Below, piece after piece: positions 9,856 to 17,358 of a stretch of DNA of 64,000 nt. This DNA is from Candidatus Marinacidobacterium sp. Lineage in GTDB: Bacteria > Acidobacteriota > Vicinamibacteria > Marinacidobacterales > Marinacidobacteraceae. The position numbers and the translations under genes were made by a program. Position 1 is the first letter of the stretch, and each line of letters opens with the position of its first letter. Under the pieces are notes generated by a model. It worked only from the letters and a program-made list of their open reading frames with translations. It did not search any database and had not been told where the DNA came from. The stretch covers positions 256,001 to 320,000 of the forward strand of contig CBDCRI010000001.1 in the NCBI GenBank assembly GCA_965220965.1. Reading direction: 5' to 3'.

Positions 9856-10459
9856 CAGGGCACCCCGCGGCGGCGGCGCCCTCGCGGCGGCCGTCCGCCT
9901 CCTCGCCCCAGGCCGTCCAGCCCTCGCGCCCGCCCCGGGCGAAGAGCTCCAGGTAAGGAGGCCTAGAGCAGGCCTCGATCACGGCGTACTGCTCATCGGG
10001 CTTGCGGGAGTGCTCGCGCTTGCGCGAGGCGATGAGGTTGACTTGGCGCCGGCCGGCCTCGAGCGTCCGCGCCCGCCTGCCGCGGACGCCGAACAGCAGG
10101 ATCTCCGTCACGTTGCGGAAGTAGTGGCCGAGGCCGCGCCCGTCGGAGCCGCCGTCCTTGCGCACCTTGTGCCAGACCAGGTTCGCCTTGTACTCGAAGC
10201 CCCAGGCGGCGAGCACGTCCAGCCCCGCAGGCAGGAGGGCGTTCGGCACCCACAGGTAGCAGTGCGCCACGTCCTCCACGTGCGCCGCCACCGGCAGGGC
10301 GCGGATCTCGTCCATGGAGAGGGTGGCGTAGCGGGCCAGCCGGCGGTGCTCCGGGGAGGCCTTGCCGGTTCGGTGCCGGAAGCGCCAAGGCGGGTCCGCC
10401 AGCACGGTGCGGAAGCGCCGGCCCGCCAGGCGGCGCGCCAGATCGTCGGCGGCGCTCAC
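9845..10459 (-). CDS. MT-A70 family adenine methyltransferase
   Basis: LADPPW, HCYLWV, WGFEYK, REHSRKP, LELFAR. Confidence 0.9.
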   Translation of the reverse strand: MSAADDLARRLAGRRFRTVLADPPWRFRHRTGKASPEHRRLARYATLSMDEIRALPVAAHVEDVAHCYLWVPNALLPAGLDVLAAWGFEYKANLVWHKVRKDGGSDGRGLGHYFRNVTEILLFGVRGRRARTLEAGRRQVNLIASRKREHSRKPDEQYAVIEACSRPPYLELFARGGREGWTAWGEEADGRREGAAAAGCPVSR

Positions 10460-10506
10460 GGCGCTTCGCCCACGGGCGCCCGCCCCTGCGCGCGAGCCGC
10501 CATCCC

Positions 10507-10728
10507 TCACGCCTCCTTGGCGTCGGCGAGCGCGCGCCGCAGCCACGTCGCGGTGATTCGCGCGGCGTCCTGCGGGGCCGCCTTGCGCAGGAACGGCAGG
10601 AGCAGGCTCGCCGGGTCGATGCGGGCCAGCGCCACGTCCCTTGCCGGCAGCGGCTTGGTCTTGTAGAGCAAGGCGTCGCCGTTGCGGAAGTAGAAGGCGT
10701 TGCTCCTGTCGACGGTCACCTCGATCAT
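10507..10728 (-). CDS. hypothetical protein
   Basis: GGAGG RBS, MIEVTVDRS. Confidence 0.5.
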   Translation of the reverse strand: MIEVTVDRSNAFYFRNGDALLYKTKPLPARDVALARIDPASLLLPFLRKAAPQDAARITATWLRRALADAKEA

Positions 10729-10759
10729 TGCCCCTCCCAAGGTCGGCCCGCGGCGCGGC

Positions 10760-11053
10760 TCAGTCGGCCTGCGGGCCTTGCGGCCTGGATGCGGGGCGGC
10801 CCAGGTCGTCCACCGTCGCGCCCTCCGCCCGCATTCGGGCGGCGAACACCTCAAGCGCCTCCCGGTCGGTGCCGTGCCATGCGCCGCCGCCGAACAGGTC
10901 CACGGCGCCCCGAGCCTGCTGGTTGACGATCAGCAGGCCCTGCGGGTTGCGGTAGCAGAGCCTCTCCTTGCGGCCTTCCGGGCCGACGAAGAGGCCGTCC
11001 TGGGTGACTGTTGCGTAGATGGTCCGGCCGTTGAGCGTTGCGGTCTTCGTCAT
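10760..11053 (-). CDS. hypothetical protein
   Basis: GGAGG RBS, 97 aa. Confidence 0.55.
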   Translation of the reverse strand: MTKTATLNGRTIYATVTQDGLFVGPEGRKERLCYRNPQGLLIVNQQARGAVDLFGGGAWHGTDREALEVFAARMRAEGATVDDLGRPASRPQGPQAD

Positions 11054-11150
11054 GCCCCTCCCCCCTTGGTTCCGGCTTTCGCAGGCATGCCCGCAGCGTG
11101 CCGCTGAGGGCCGGCTGGCGCAACCCGGGATGGGCCTGCCGGGGCCGGGG

Positions 11151-11339
11151 TCACCCGTCCTCCCCCACCACGATGTGCAGGCAGCGCTCGCACTGGCTCA
11201 ATTCCGGCAGCTCGTCGTCCCCGGACATGAAGCCACCGCACTTCGGGCAGTCGCCGCGCCATTCCCCGTCGCGCAGCATGGCGTCCCTGGCGCTGGCCTG
11301 CTCGGCGATTCCCAACGTTCGCTCAAAGCCCGATTTCAT
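11151..11339 (-). CDS. small zinc-ribbon protein
   Basis: CPKCG...CERC. Confidence 0.45.
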   Translation of the reverse strand: MKSGFERTLGIAEQASARDAMLRDGEWRGDCPKCGGFMSGDDELPELSQCERCLHIVVGEDG

Positions 11340-11440
11340 GTCCGCACGCCTTCGAACAGCTGCTGCTCCGGCGGCCTGACCGCCACGCGCCCTGCCGGAC
11401 TGACGACGCCGCAGCTTCCGTCCGGACACCCCAGGCCCGT

Positions 11441-12121
11441 TCAGCCACCGGCGCCCGCCTTGGCAATGGGCCGGCCCTGAACAAGCGAAGCAGGGGGGCT
11501 CTGGCCGGGTTCGCCGGGGCCGTTCCCCGCCGCCAAGGCGGCGAGGCCCCGAACCATCCCTTCGCACGGGTCGGAGAACGCGGCGCGGAAGCGGCCAACC
11601 TTGGCGGCGTCGGCTTGGTGCAGCCGCAGGTCATCGTCCGTCAGGAACGCCTCTCCGTCGGCGACTATGCCCAGCTCTATCAACTGGCCAGGGGAGTCCA
11701 CCATGATGGGCGGATCGGGCACGAACAGGACGCTGGCGGTGCGCCCCTCCGCCGGCTCCCACCAGCTGGCGAGCCTGCCCCGCTCCCCATCGACCCCAAT
11801 GTCGCGGAATAGCAGAATGCCGTCCCTGTCCTCACGCCATCGGGCCAGGGCCCACGCAGCGAGGTCGTGGCCGAAACGGTCGCGCGCGAGGGAAAAGAGT
11901 TCCCACACGCGTGGCGTCTCCGCCCCTTCCCCCAGCGGGGCCTCGCAGTAGTGGGGCAGCCGTGCCATGAGCGTCTCCCGGCCGCCGTCGCCCGGGATGA
12001 GCGCCCAGCGATCCAGCCACCAGTCGGGGGCTGTAGCCCACAGCCAGGCAAGGCCGCCAAGAATAAGGGTCACGCAACACGTAGTCGCTGCCAAGAGCAT
12101 CTGCTTGCTTTCATTCCTCAT
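11441..12121 (-). CDS. membrane-anchored hypothetical protein
   Basis: N-terminal hydrophobic helix; AGGGAG RBS. Confidence 0.6.
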   Translation of the reverse strand: MRNESKQMLLAATTCCVTLILGGLAWLWATAPDWWLDRWALIPGDGGRETLMARLPHYCEAPLGEGAETPRVWELFSLARDRFGHDLAAWALARWREDRDGILLFRDIGVDGERGRLASWWEPAEGRTASVLFVPDPPIMVDSPGQLIELGIVADGEAFLTDDDLRLHQADAAKVGRFRAAFSDPCEGMVRGLAALAAGNGPGEPGQSPPASLVQGRPIAKAGAGG

Positions 12122-12177
12122 GGTCGTTCTCCCTTTCGGTCAGTTTCAAGTTTAGCGCCCAGGCGTCGCCGCGCCGC

Positions 12178-14763
12178 TCATCCGCACTGCGAGTCGCCGC
12201 AGGACAGGCACTCCAGGCAGCCGCCCTGCCGGACCACGGACCCGGGGGCGCCGCAGGCGCCGCAGTCCGCGCCCGGCGGCGGCCCGGCCGCGCCGTCCCC
12301 GTCCGTGCCGGACAGCTCGGCCATGAAGGTCTCTATGGCCACGCCGATCTCGCTGACCATGGAGCCCAGCAGGCCGCTCTCGCCGCTCACGGACCGCCCG
12401 AAGGCGGCCCCCTCTGAGCGGATCGACTTCAGCTCGCCGACCACCCCGCGGATGTCCACGCCGGAGCGCATCAGCTTGCTCAGGACGATCATGAGCGCGT
12501 CCTCCCACTCCCGGCAGGTGTTGTTGTCGGAGCGGAAGAACACCTCGTGCAGGCGCCGCTCGTCGCGGTCCGCGTTGATGGTGACGTAGCCGCGCTTGTT
12601 GCCCACCTCCAAGCGGTAGGTGGGGCCGTCGAGGCGCACCGGGCGCCGCCGGGCCGCCACCGGCACCGCCTTGGCCGCGTCGCCCGAGGCCCACTCGACG
12701 ATGCGCCCCGCGATGCGCCTGGCGTCCGCCGGCCAGTCGGCGCCGCCCGGCTCGCCCGGCTCGTAGTAGCCCTGGTTGAGGGCCTCGTGCAGGACCGCGG
12801 CCAGCGTCGGGGGGCGGCGGTCGTGGGAGACGGGCGCATCCCCCCGCAGCCGCGTCCAGCCGTCGGCGGTGCGGAAGGCCACGGTGCGCGCGGCCAGCTC
12901 CTCCGGGTCGATCAGCACGCCGACCCGCTCATCGGAGGGCAGGTAGATCGTGACGCCCTTCAAGCCCAGCTCCCACGCCCGCTCGTAGACGCCCACCATG
13001 TCCTCGTAGGAGGTGCCGGGCGGCAGGTTGATGGTCTTGGAGACGGCGCTGTCCATCCACTCCTGAACCGCCGCCTGCATGGCCAGGTGCTCGTCCGGCG
13101 ACACCTGCTCGGCGGTGACCCACACCTCCGGCGGGTCGGCGTCCGGGCCCGCCAGCGCCTCCAGGCAGAGCAGTTCCTTGGCGCGCATCGTGACCGACTC
13201 CTTGGCCTCCCCCGCCGCCCCGGTGACCGTGCGCAGGTGGGACATCATGAAGGTCGGCTCGATGCCGGAGGAGGCGTTGTTCGAGATGAAGCTGATGGTG
13301 CCGGTCGGCGCTATCGAGGTGGCGTGGGTCCACCGCAGCCCGTGCCTGCGGGCCTGCGCGAACCAGTCCTCAGCGAGCGCCCCGGCCTCGGCCAGCCGGG
13401 CGAAGTAGGGGGACGCCAGGGCGGCCTCCAGGGCCTTTTCGTCCTCGAAGAAGGGCGCCCGCCCCTTGGCCTTGGCCAGGCCGAGGGCGGCGCGCCACGA
13501 GGCCGCGGCGAGCGCCCGGGAGACCCGCGAGGCGAACGCCACCGCCTCCGGGGAGCCGTAGCGCACGCCGAGCAGGTTCAGCGCGCTGCCCAGCCCGAGG
13601 AAGCCCATGCCGTGGCGGCGCTTGGACTCGATCTCGCGGCGCTGGCCCTCCAGCGGCAGGCCGTTCACCTCGACCACGTTGTCGAGCAGGCGGCTGAAAC
13701 CCTCGGCGCTGGCCTCGAAGGCGGCGAAGTCGAACTTGGCCCGCGGCGTGAGCGGGCGGCGCACGTAGGCGGTCAGGTCGATGCTGCCGAGCAGGCAGGC
13801 GCCGTGCGGCGGCAGCGGCTGCTCGCCGCAGGGGTTGGTGGCCCACAGGCGCTCGCTGTCGCGCAGGGGGTTCCACTCGTTGATCCGGTCCACGAAGATC
13901 ACGCCCGGGTCGGAGTCGCTGTGGGCGTGGCGCATCACGGCCTCCCACAGGTCGCGCGCCCGAACCGTCCGCCAGACGCGGCACAGGTAGCGGCCGGACT
14001 CGTCCAGCGTGTAGTTCCCGTCCGGCCCCAGCCGGTCCCAGTGCGCCCAGCGCGTCGCCTCCGCCGGCGGCTCGGGGTCGTTGCGGTGCACCGGGAAGAT
14101 CAGCTCGTGGGCGAAGTCGGAGCGCACCGCCTCCATGAACGCGTCGGAGACCAGCACGCTGAGGTTGAAGTGGCGCAGCTCGCCCTTCTTCGCGACCTTG
14201 TCCTTGGCGTTGACGAAGTCGAACACGTCGGGGTGCCGGCAGTCGAGGGTGGCCATCTGCGCCCCGCGGCGCCCGCCCCCGGAGACGATCGTGGCGCACG
14301 AGGACTCGAACATGCGCATCCAGCCGACGACGCCCCCGGAGGTGGCGCCGATGCCGTTGACGGGCGCGCCCGCCGGGCGGATGGTGCCGAAGTGGTAGCC
14401 GATGCCGCAGCCCGCGCTCAGCGTCACCAGCGCCTCGCCCTGGGCGGCGGCGATGCCCTCGATGTCGTCGGTGACCGCGCGGCTGACCGTGCAGTTGATC
14501 GCCGAGCCCTTGGACCGCTCCGGGTTGGCGGCGGCCGACAGGATGCGCCCGCCCGGGCGCCAGCCCAGCTCGCGCATGCCGCGCTCGAACTCGGCCGCCA
14601 GCGCCGCCCGGTCCACGCCGGGCTCGTCGTCGGCCTCCGCCAAGGCGGCGGCCACGCGCCGCCAGGTGTCCTCCGGGGCGCGCTCGCCCGGGGCGGCGTA
14701 CTTGTCCCGCCAGGTGCCCAGGGAGGGCGCCTGAAGGGGCATCTCGTGAAGTCTCGGGGCCAT
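12178..14763 (-). CDS. nrdJ: class II (adenosylcobalamin-dependent) ribonucleotide reductase with C-terminal TSCPD/Zn-ribbon region
   Basis: GGRIL, INC, RRGAQM, NPCGEQPL, CLLGS, SIAPTGTIS, SKTIN, C-terminal CxxC...CxxC; GGAGG RBS at 14771-14775; no nrdB nearby. Confidence 0.9.
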   Translation of the reverse strand: MAPRLHEMPLQAPSLGTWRDKYAAPGERAPEDTWRRVAAALAEADDEPGVDRAALAAEFERGMRELGWRPGGRILSAAANPERSKGSAINCTVSRAVTDDIEGIAAAQGEALVTLSAGCGIGYHFGTIRPAGAPVNGIGATSGGVVGWMRMFESSCATIVSGGGRRGAQMATLDCRHPDVFDFVNAKDKVAKKGELRHFNLSVLVSDAFMEAVRSDFAHELIFPVHRNDPEPPAEATRWAHWDRLGPDGNYTLDESGRYLCRVWRTVRARDLWEAVMRHAHSDSDPGVIFVDRINEWNPLRDSERLWATNPCGEQPLPPHGACLLGSIDLTAYVRRPLTPRAKFDFAAFEASAEGFSRLLDNVVEVNGLPLEGQRREIESKRRHGMGFLGLGSALNLLGVRYGSPEAVAFASRVSRALAAASWRAALGLAKAKGRAPFFEDEKALEAALASPYFARLAEAGALAEDWFAQARRHGLRWTHATSIAPTGTISFISNNASSGIEPTFMMSHLRTVTGAAGEAKESVTMRAKELLCLEALAGPDADPPEVWVTAEQVSPDEHLAMQAAVQEWMDSAVSKTINLPPGTSYEDMVGVYERAWELGLKGVTIYLPSDERVGVLIDPEELAARTVAFRTADGWTRLRGDAPVSHDRRPPTLAAVLHEALNQGYYEPGEPGGADWPADARRIAGRIVEWASGDAAKAVPVAARRRPVRLDGPTYRLEVGNKRGYVTINADRDERRLHEVFFRSDNNTCREWEDALMIVLSKLMRSGVDIRGVVGELKSIRSEGAAFGRSVSGESGLLGSMVSEIGVAIETFMAELSGTDGDGAAGPPPGADCGACGAPGSVVRQGGCLECLSCGDSQCG

Positions 14764-14800
14764 GCGCCATCCTCCGCCACGCAGGGAAGTAGATATCTGT

Positions 14801-14860
14801 ATTATACCATACTTTCCACATCTTGGGTCCCCGCCGCCCGCCAGGCGCAAGATGTTGCGT
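14801..14860 (-). promoter_or_regulatory. nrdJ promoter (extended -10 TGGTATAAT) with tandem NrdR boxes
   Basis: CCACATCTTG (14816-14825) and CAAGATGTTG (14848-14857) match CWAnATnTWG (one mismatch / perfect), 32 bp apart. Confidence 0.7.
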
Positions 14861-14954
14861 CCCGGTCCGGCGCGTGCGCGGCTGCCGGCCGCTGGACGGC
14901 GGGCTCCCGGCGAGGGACAATCCCCTGCCCTCCCCGTGGACGAATGGACCCGCA

Positions 14955-15122
14955 ATGCAAGCCGACAGGAAGGGGCGCGAAGCCCCGCTGACCGCTGAGG
15001 AGATCGCCAAGCTCGACGATCGGGACATCGACGTGAGCGACATCCCGGAGCTTGGCGAGGACTTCCGGCGGTCCGCGAGGCGCGTTGATCCCGATTCCGA
15101 GGAACGGGGCGCAAGCGACTGA
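14955..15122 (+). pseudogene. truncated BrnA-like antitoxin N-terminus
   Basis: DDRDIDVSDIPELGEDF motif; C-terminal DNA-binding part absent. Confidence 0.5.
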
Positions 15123-15158
15123 TTCGGAAGGGGCGGGAATCCCCTCGGCCGCCTGCCC

Positions 15159-15902
15159 TCAGGGGGCCGGGGCCGCGCCGCGCTCGACGTGCTCGATGCG
15201 CGCCAGGGTGGTCGCCCCCTCGGGGCGCTCGCCGGCCAGGATGGCCCGCGCCAGCCGCCTGATCCGGGACAGCGCCACCGGCCGGTAGTCCAGCTGCTCG
15301 ACCGAGACGTTGACGTGCGGCGAGTCGGGCGCCTTGACGGTCCGGTGCTGGTGGCCGTGGACGTTGACGTGCCCGGCGGGGACGCGCGGCAGCGGCGCGT
15401 GGGTCCAGACCAGCGGCGGGTCGCCGGGCGAGACGAGCAGCGCCACCGTACGGTCGAACCCGCCCATGCGCGACCGGCCCAGCCCGTCCACGTCGTGGTT
15501 GCCGGCCACCAGAACCTTGGTGGCGCCGGGCGCTTGGCGCACGCTCGCCCACGTCTCGTCGCTCACCGCCGCGCCCAGGGCGAAGTCGCCGACGCAGACC
15601 ATGACCTCATCCGGCCGGACGTCCAGCCGCCAGCTCTCCCACAGCGCCGAGTCCATCTCCCCGACGCCGTCGAAGGGGCGGTCCTGGTAGCCGATGATGT
15701 TGGCGTGGCCCAGGTGCAGGTCGGACCACGCCTTGACGGCGCCGTCCGGCGCATCGAGCGTCCCCGCCCCGTGCAGCTCCAGCGCCCGGCGCATGGACGA
15801 CAGGCGCTTGCCGCCCCGGCCGAGCGCCTCCCGCAGGTCGTCGCGGTACAGCTCGGCCAGCTGCTTGGGGCGGGGCCTTGCGGGCCCCTTTCGTCGTGCC
15901 AT
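15159..15902 (-). CDS. calcineurin-like metallophosphoesterase
   Basis: SDLHLGH, GDF, GNHD, THAP, HGHQH; AAGGAG RBS 8 nt before ATG 15902. Confidence 0.9.
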   Translation of the reverse strand: MARRKGPARPRPKQLAELYRDDLREALGRGGKRLSSMRRALELHGAGTLDAPDGAVKAWSDLHLGHANIIGYQDRPFDGVGEMDSALWESWRLDVRPDEVMVCVGDFALGAAVSDETWASVRQAPGATKVLVAGNHDVDGLGRSRMGGFDRTVALLVSPGDPPLVWTHAPLPRVPAGHVNVHGHQHRTVKAPDSPHVNVSVEQLDYRPVALSRIRRLARAILAGERPEGATTLARIEHVERGAAPAP

Positions 15903-15964
15903 GGTCATCGCTCCTTCGAAGGGTCGGCATTTTACAGCGCCTGCCGCGCCGGGGCGGCGGGGAA

Positions 15965-16038
15965 TGGTCGGCCCGGAAGGAATCGAACCTTCGTCAGCAG
16001 GGTAAGAGCCTGGTGCGCAGCCACTACGCCACGAGCCG
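15965..16038 (-). tRNA. tRNA-Lys(CTT)
   Basis: cloverleaf, loop CT-CTT-AC, TTCGATT T-loop, encoded CCA. Confidence 0.8.
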
Positions 16039-16100
16039 AGTTCTCGGGTTGGTGCCTGGAGGCGGTCCCGGGCCGGCGGGCGGGGCGCCCGGGAGGGGAA

Positions 16101-16176
16101 TGGCCTGCCCAGGTGGACTCGAACCACCGACCTGCGCCTCCGCAGGGCGCCGCTCTTTCCGCTGAGCTATGGGCAG
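16101..16176 (-). tRNA. tRNA-Arg(GCG)
   Basis: GCGCC-CT-GCG-GA-GGCGC arm, encoded CCA. Confidence 0.9.
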
Positions 16177-16193
16177 GAGGCGGGCTTGCATGG

Positions 16194-16281
16194 TGGCGGA
16201 GGCTGTGGGGATCGAACCCACACACCCTTTCGAGCATCACCGGCCTCCAACCGGCTTAGCGCGCCAGCCGTGCGAGCCTCC
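16194..16281 (-). tRNA. tRNA-Ser(GGA), atypical D-arm
   Basis: GGAGGCT/AGCCTCC acceptor, G73, long variable arm, loop TT-GGA-GG. Confidence 0.8.
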
Positions 16282-16331
16282 GTGGTTTCCTTCGCGGCGC
16301 CCCGCTTGCCGGGAGCGGGGCGCCGGCCGCG

Positions 16332-16419
16332 TGGCGGAGGCTGTGGGGGTCGAACCCACACGCCCTTTCGAGCATCACCGGGTTCAAGCCGGCTTAGCGC
16401 GCCAACTGTGCGAGCCTCC
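16332..16419 (-). tRNA. tRNA-Ser(TGA), atypical D-arm
   Basis: near-identical body to the Ser(GGA) gene, loop CT-TGA-AC. Confidence 0.8.
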
Positions 16420-16428
16420 GCGATCGAG

Positions 16429-16504
16429 TGGCCTGCCCGGGAGGACTCGAACCTCCGTCCTGCGCCTTAGAAGGGCGCTGCTCCATCCGCTGAGCCACGG
16501 GCAG
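16429..16504 (-). tRNA. tRNA-Arg(TCT)
   Basis: GCGCC-CT-TCT-AA-GGCGC arm, encoded CCA. Confidence 0.9.
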
Positions 16505-16516
16505 TGGGAACGAAAC

Positions 16517-16603
16517 TGGCGGAGAGGGCGGGATTCGAACCCGCGCAGGCTTTCACCCTCCCGCTTAGCAAGCGGGCGCCATAAACCGCTCGGCCACCTC
16601 TCC
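16517..16603 (-). tRNA. tRNA-Ser(GCT)
   Basis: canonical type II serine tRNA, GGAGAGG acceptor, loop TT-GCT-AA. Confidence 0.9.
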
Positions 16604-16655
16604 GGTTCTTGCGCTGCCGGAGGCGCGCCCGCGACGCGGGCCGTTCCCGGCGAAT

Positions 16656-16745
16656 TGGCGGAGGCTGTAGGGATCGAACCCACACGGCCCTCTCGGGCCA
16701 TCACCCGTTTCGAGCGGGATAAGCACGCCAGCCTTGCGAGCCTCC
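16656..16745 (-). tRNA. tRNA-Ser(CGA), atypical D-arm
   Basis: GGAGGCT acceptor, loop CT-CGA-AA, long variable arm. Confidence 0.8.
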
Positions 16746-16750
16746 TGACT

Positions 16751-16824
16751 TGGTGGAGCGACAGGGACTTGAACCCTGATCTCCTGCCTGCGACGCAGGG
16801 GTTCTCCCGTTGAACCATCGCCCC
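16751..16824 (-). tRNA. tRNA-Ala(CGC)
   Basis: G3:U70 alanine identity pair, CCTGC-GT-CGC-AG-GCAGG. Confidence 0.9.
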
Positions 16825-16858
16825 GTGCGGCGCCGGCCGGACCGCCGGCGCCCGCCAC

Positions 16859-16943
16859 TGGTACAGGGAGAGGGAGTCGAACCCCCACAGCCCGAAGGCC
16901 CGTGGTTTACAGCCACGTGAGCTCGCCATTGCTCAGCCCCTGC
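16859..16943 (-). tRNA. tRNA-Tyr(GTA)
   Basis: CGTGG-CT-GTA-AA-CCACG, variable arm, A73-CCA. Confidence 0.85.
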
Positions 16944-17006
16944 GAAAGGACCGGGCGCAGGGGCTCCCCGGCGACGGGGAGCCCAGCGCCCAAGACACCA
17001 ACCCGA

Positions 17007-17018
17007 TTGTGAAAGATC
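17007..17018 (-). promoter_or_regulatory. boxA-like antitermination site
   Basis: GATCTTTCACAA resembles rrn boxA; lies between the leader terminator and the first tRNA. Confidence 0.55.
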
Positions 17019-17032
17019 GCTTTCCGGGGCCG

Positions 17033-17074
17033 AAAACGAAGAAGCCCCGGAGGTTTTGAACCTGCCAGGGCTTC
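17033..17074 (-). terminator. intrinsic terminator in the leader of the tRNA operon (attenuator)
   Basis: GAAGCCCTGG/CCGGGGCTTC 10-bp stem plus inner AGGTT/AACCT, followed by TTCGTTTT. Confidence 0.65.
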
Positions 17075-17143
17075 GGAGGGGTACTTGTGTGCTCCGTCTG
17101 TCAGGCTCAAGGCCTTCCAGACGCAGTTCGCAGCTGGAACGGC

Positions 17144-17224
17144 CTACACGGCAACGCCGCGGGAACGCTTTCTTGAAGCGCCCGCTTGCCGAGGACTATA
17201 GAACCCGTTTTGCGAAGTAAGCAT
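17144..17224 (-). CDS. putative leader peptide MLTSQNGFYSPRQAGASRKRSRGVAV
   Basis: ATG 9 nt after TATAAT; contains codons read by all nine downstream tRNAs; precedes a terminator. Confidence 0.65.
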   Translation of the reverse strand: MLTSQNGFYSPRQAGASRKRSRGVAV

Positions 17225-17233
17225 GATGGCTGA

Positions 17234-17263
17234 ATTATACCCCATTGGCCGAAGTCGGGGCAA
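17234..17263 (-). promoter_or_regulatory. sigma70 promoter of the tRNA operon
   Basis: TTGCCC-18 nt-TATAAT. Confidence 0.65.
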
Positions 17264-17358
17264 ATCGAAGTCTTGTCCAACGAGAAGTGAGCCTGAAGCA
17301 AGGGATGGTTTCCAGCGTGAAGCGAGCCCAGCCAGCGGGCTCCACTCTGCTCGGCGGT

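Noticed and set aside
14764-15552. N-terminal extension of the 1124-aa nrdJ ORF
   Set aside because: Runs through the promoter, NrdR boxes and another gene; RBS supports ATG 14763.
16332-16419. Selenocysteine or opal-suppressor tRNA
   Set aside because: Anticodon is TGA (reads UCA, Ser), not TCA; acceptor/T stems are 7/5.
16194-16745. 8/4 or 9/3 allo-tRNA fold for the odd Ser tRNAs
   Set aside because: Position 8 (C) faces C, so the acceptor stem cannot extend beyond 7 bp.
15878-16929. ORFs overlapping the tRNA array
   Set aside because: Region is fully explained by tRNA genes and spacers.
15965-16943. tRNA as an integration site (att) for a mobile element
   Set aside because: No integrase and no duplicated tRNA 3' end seen elsewhere in the window.
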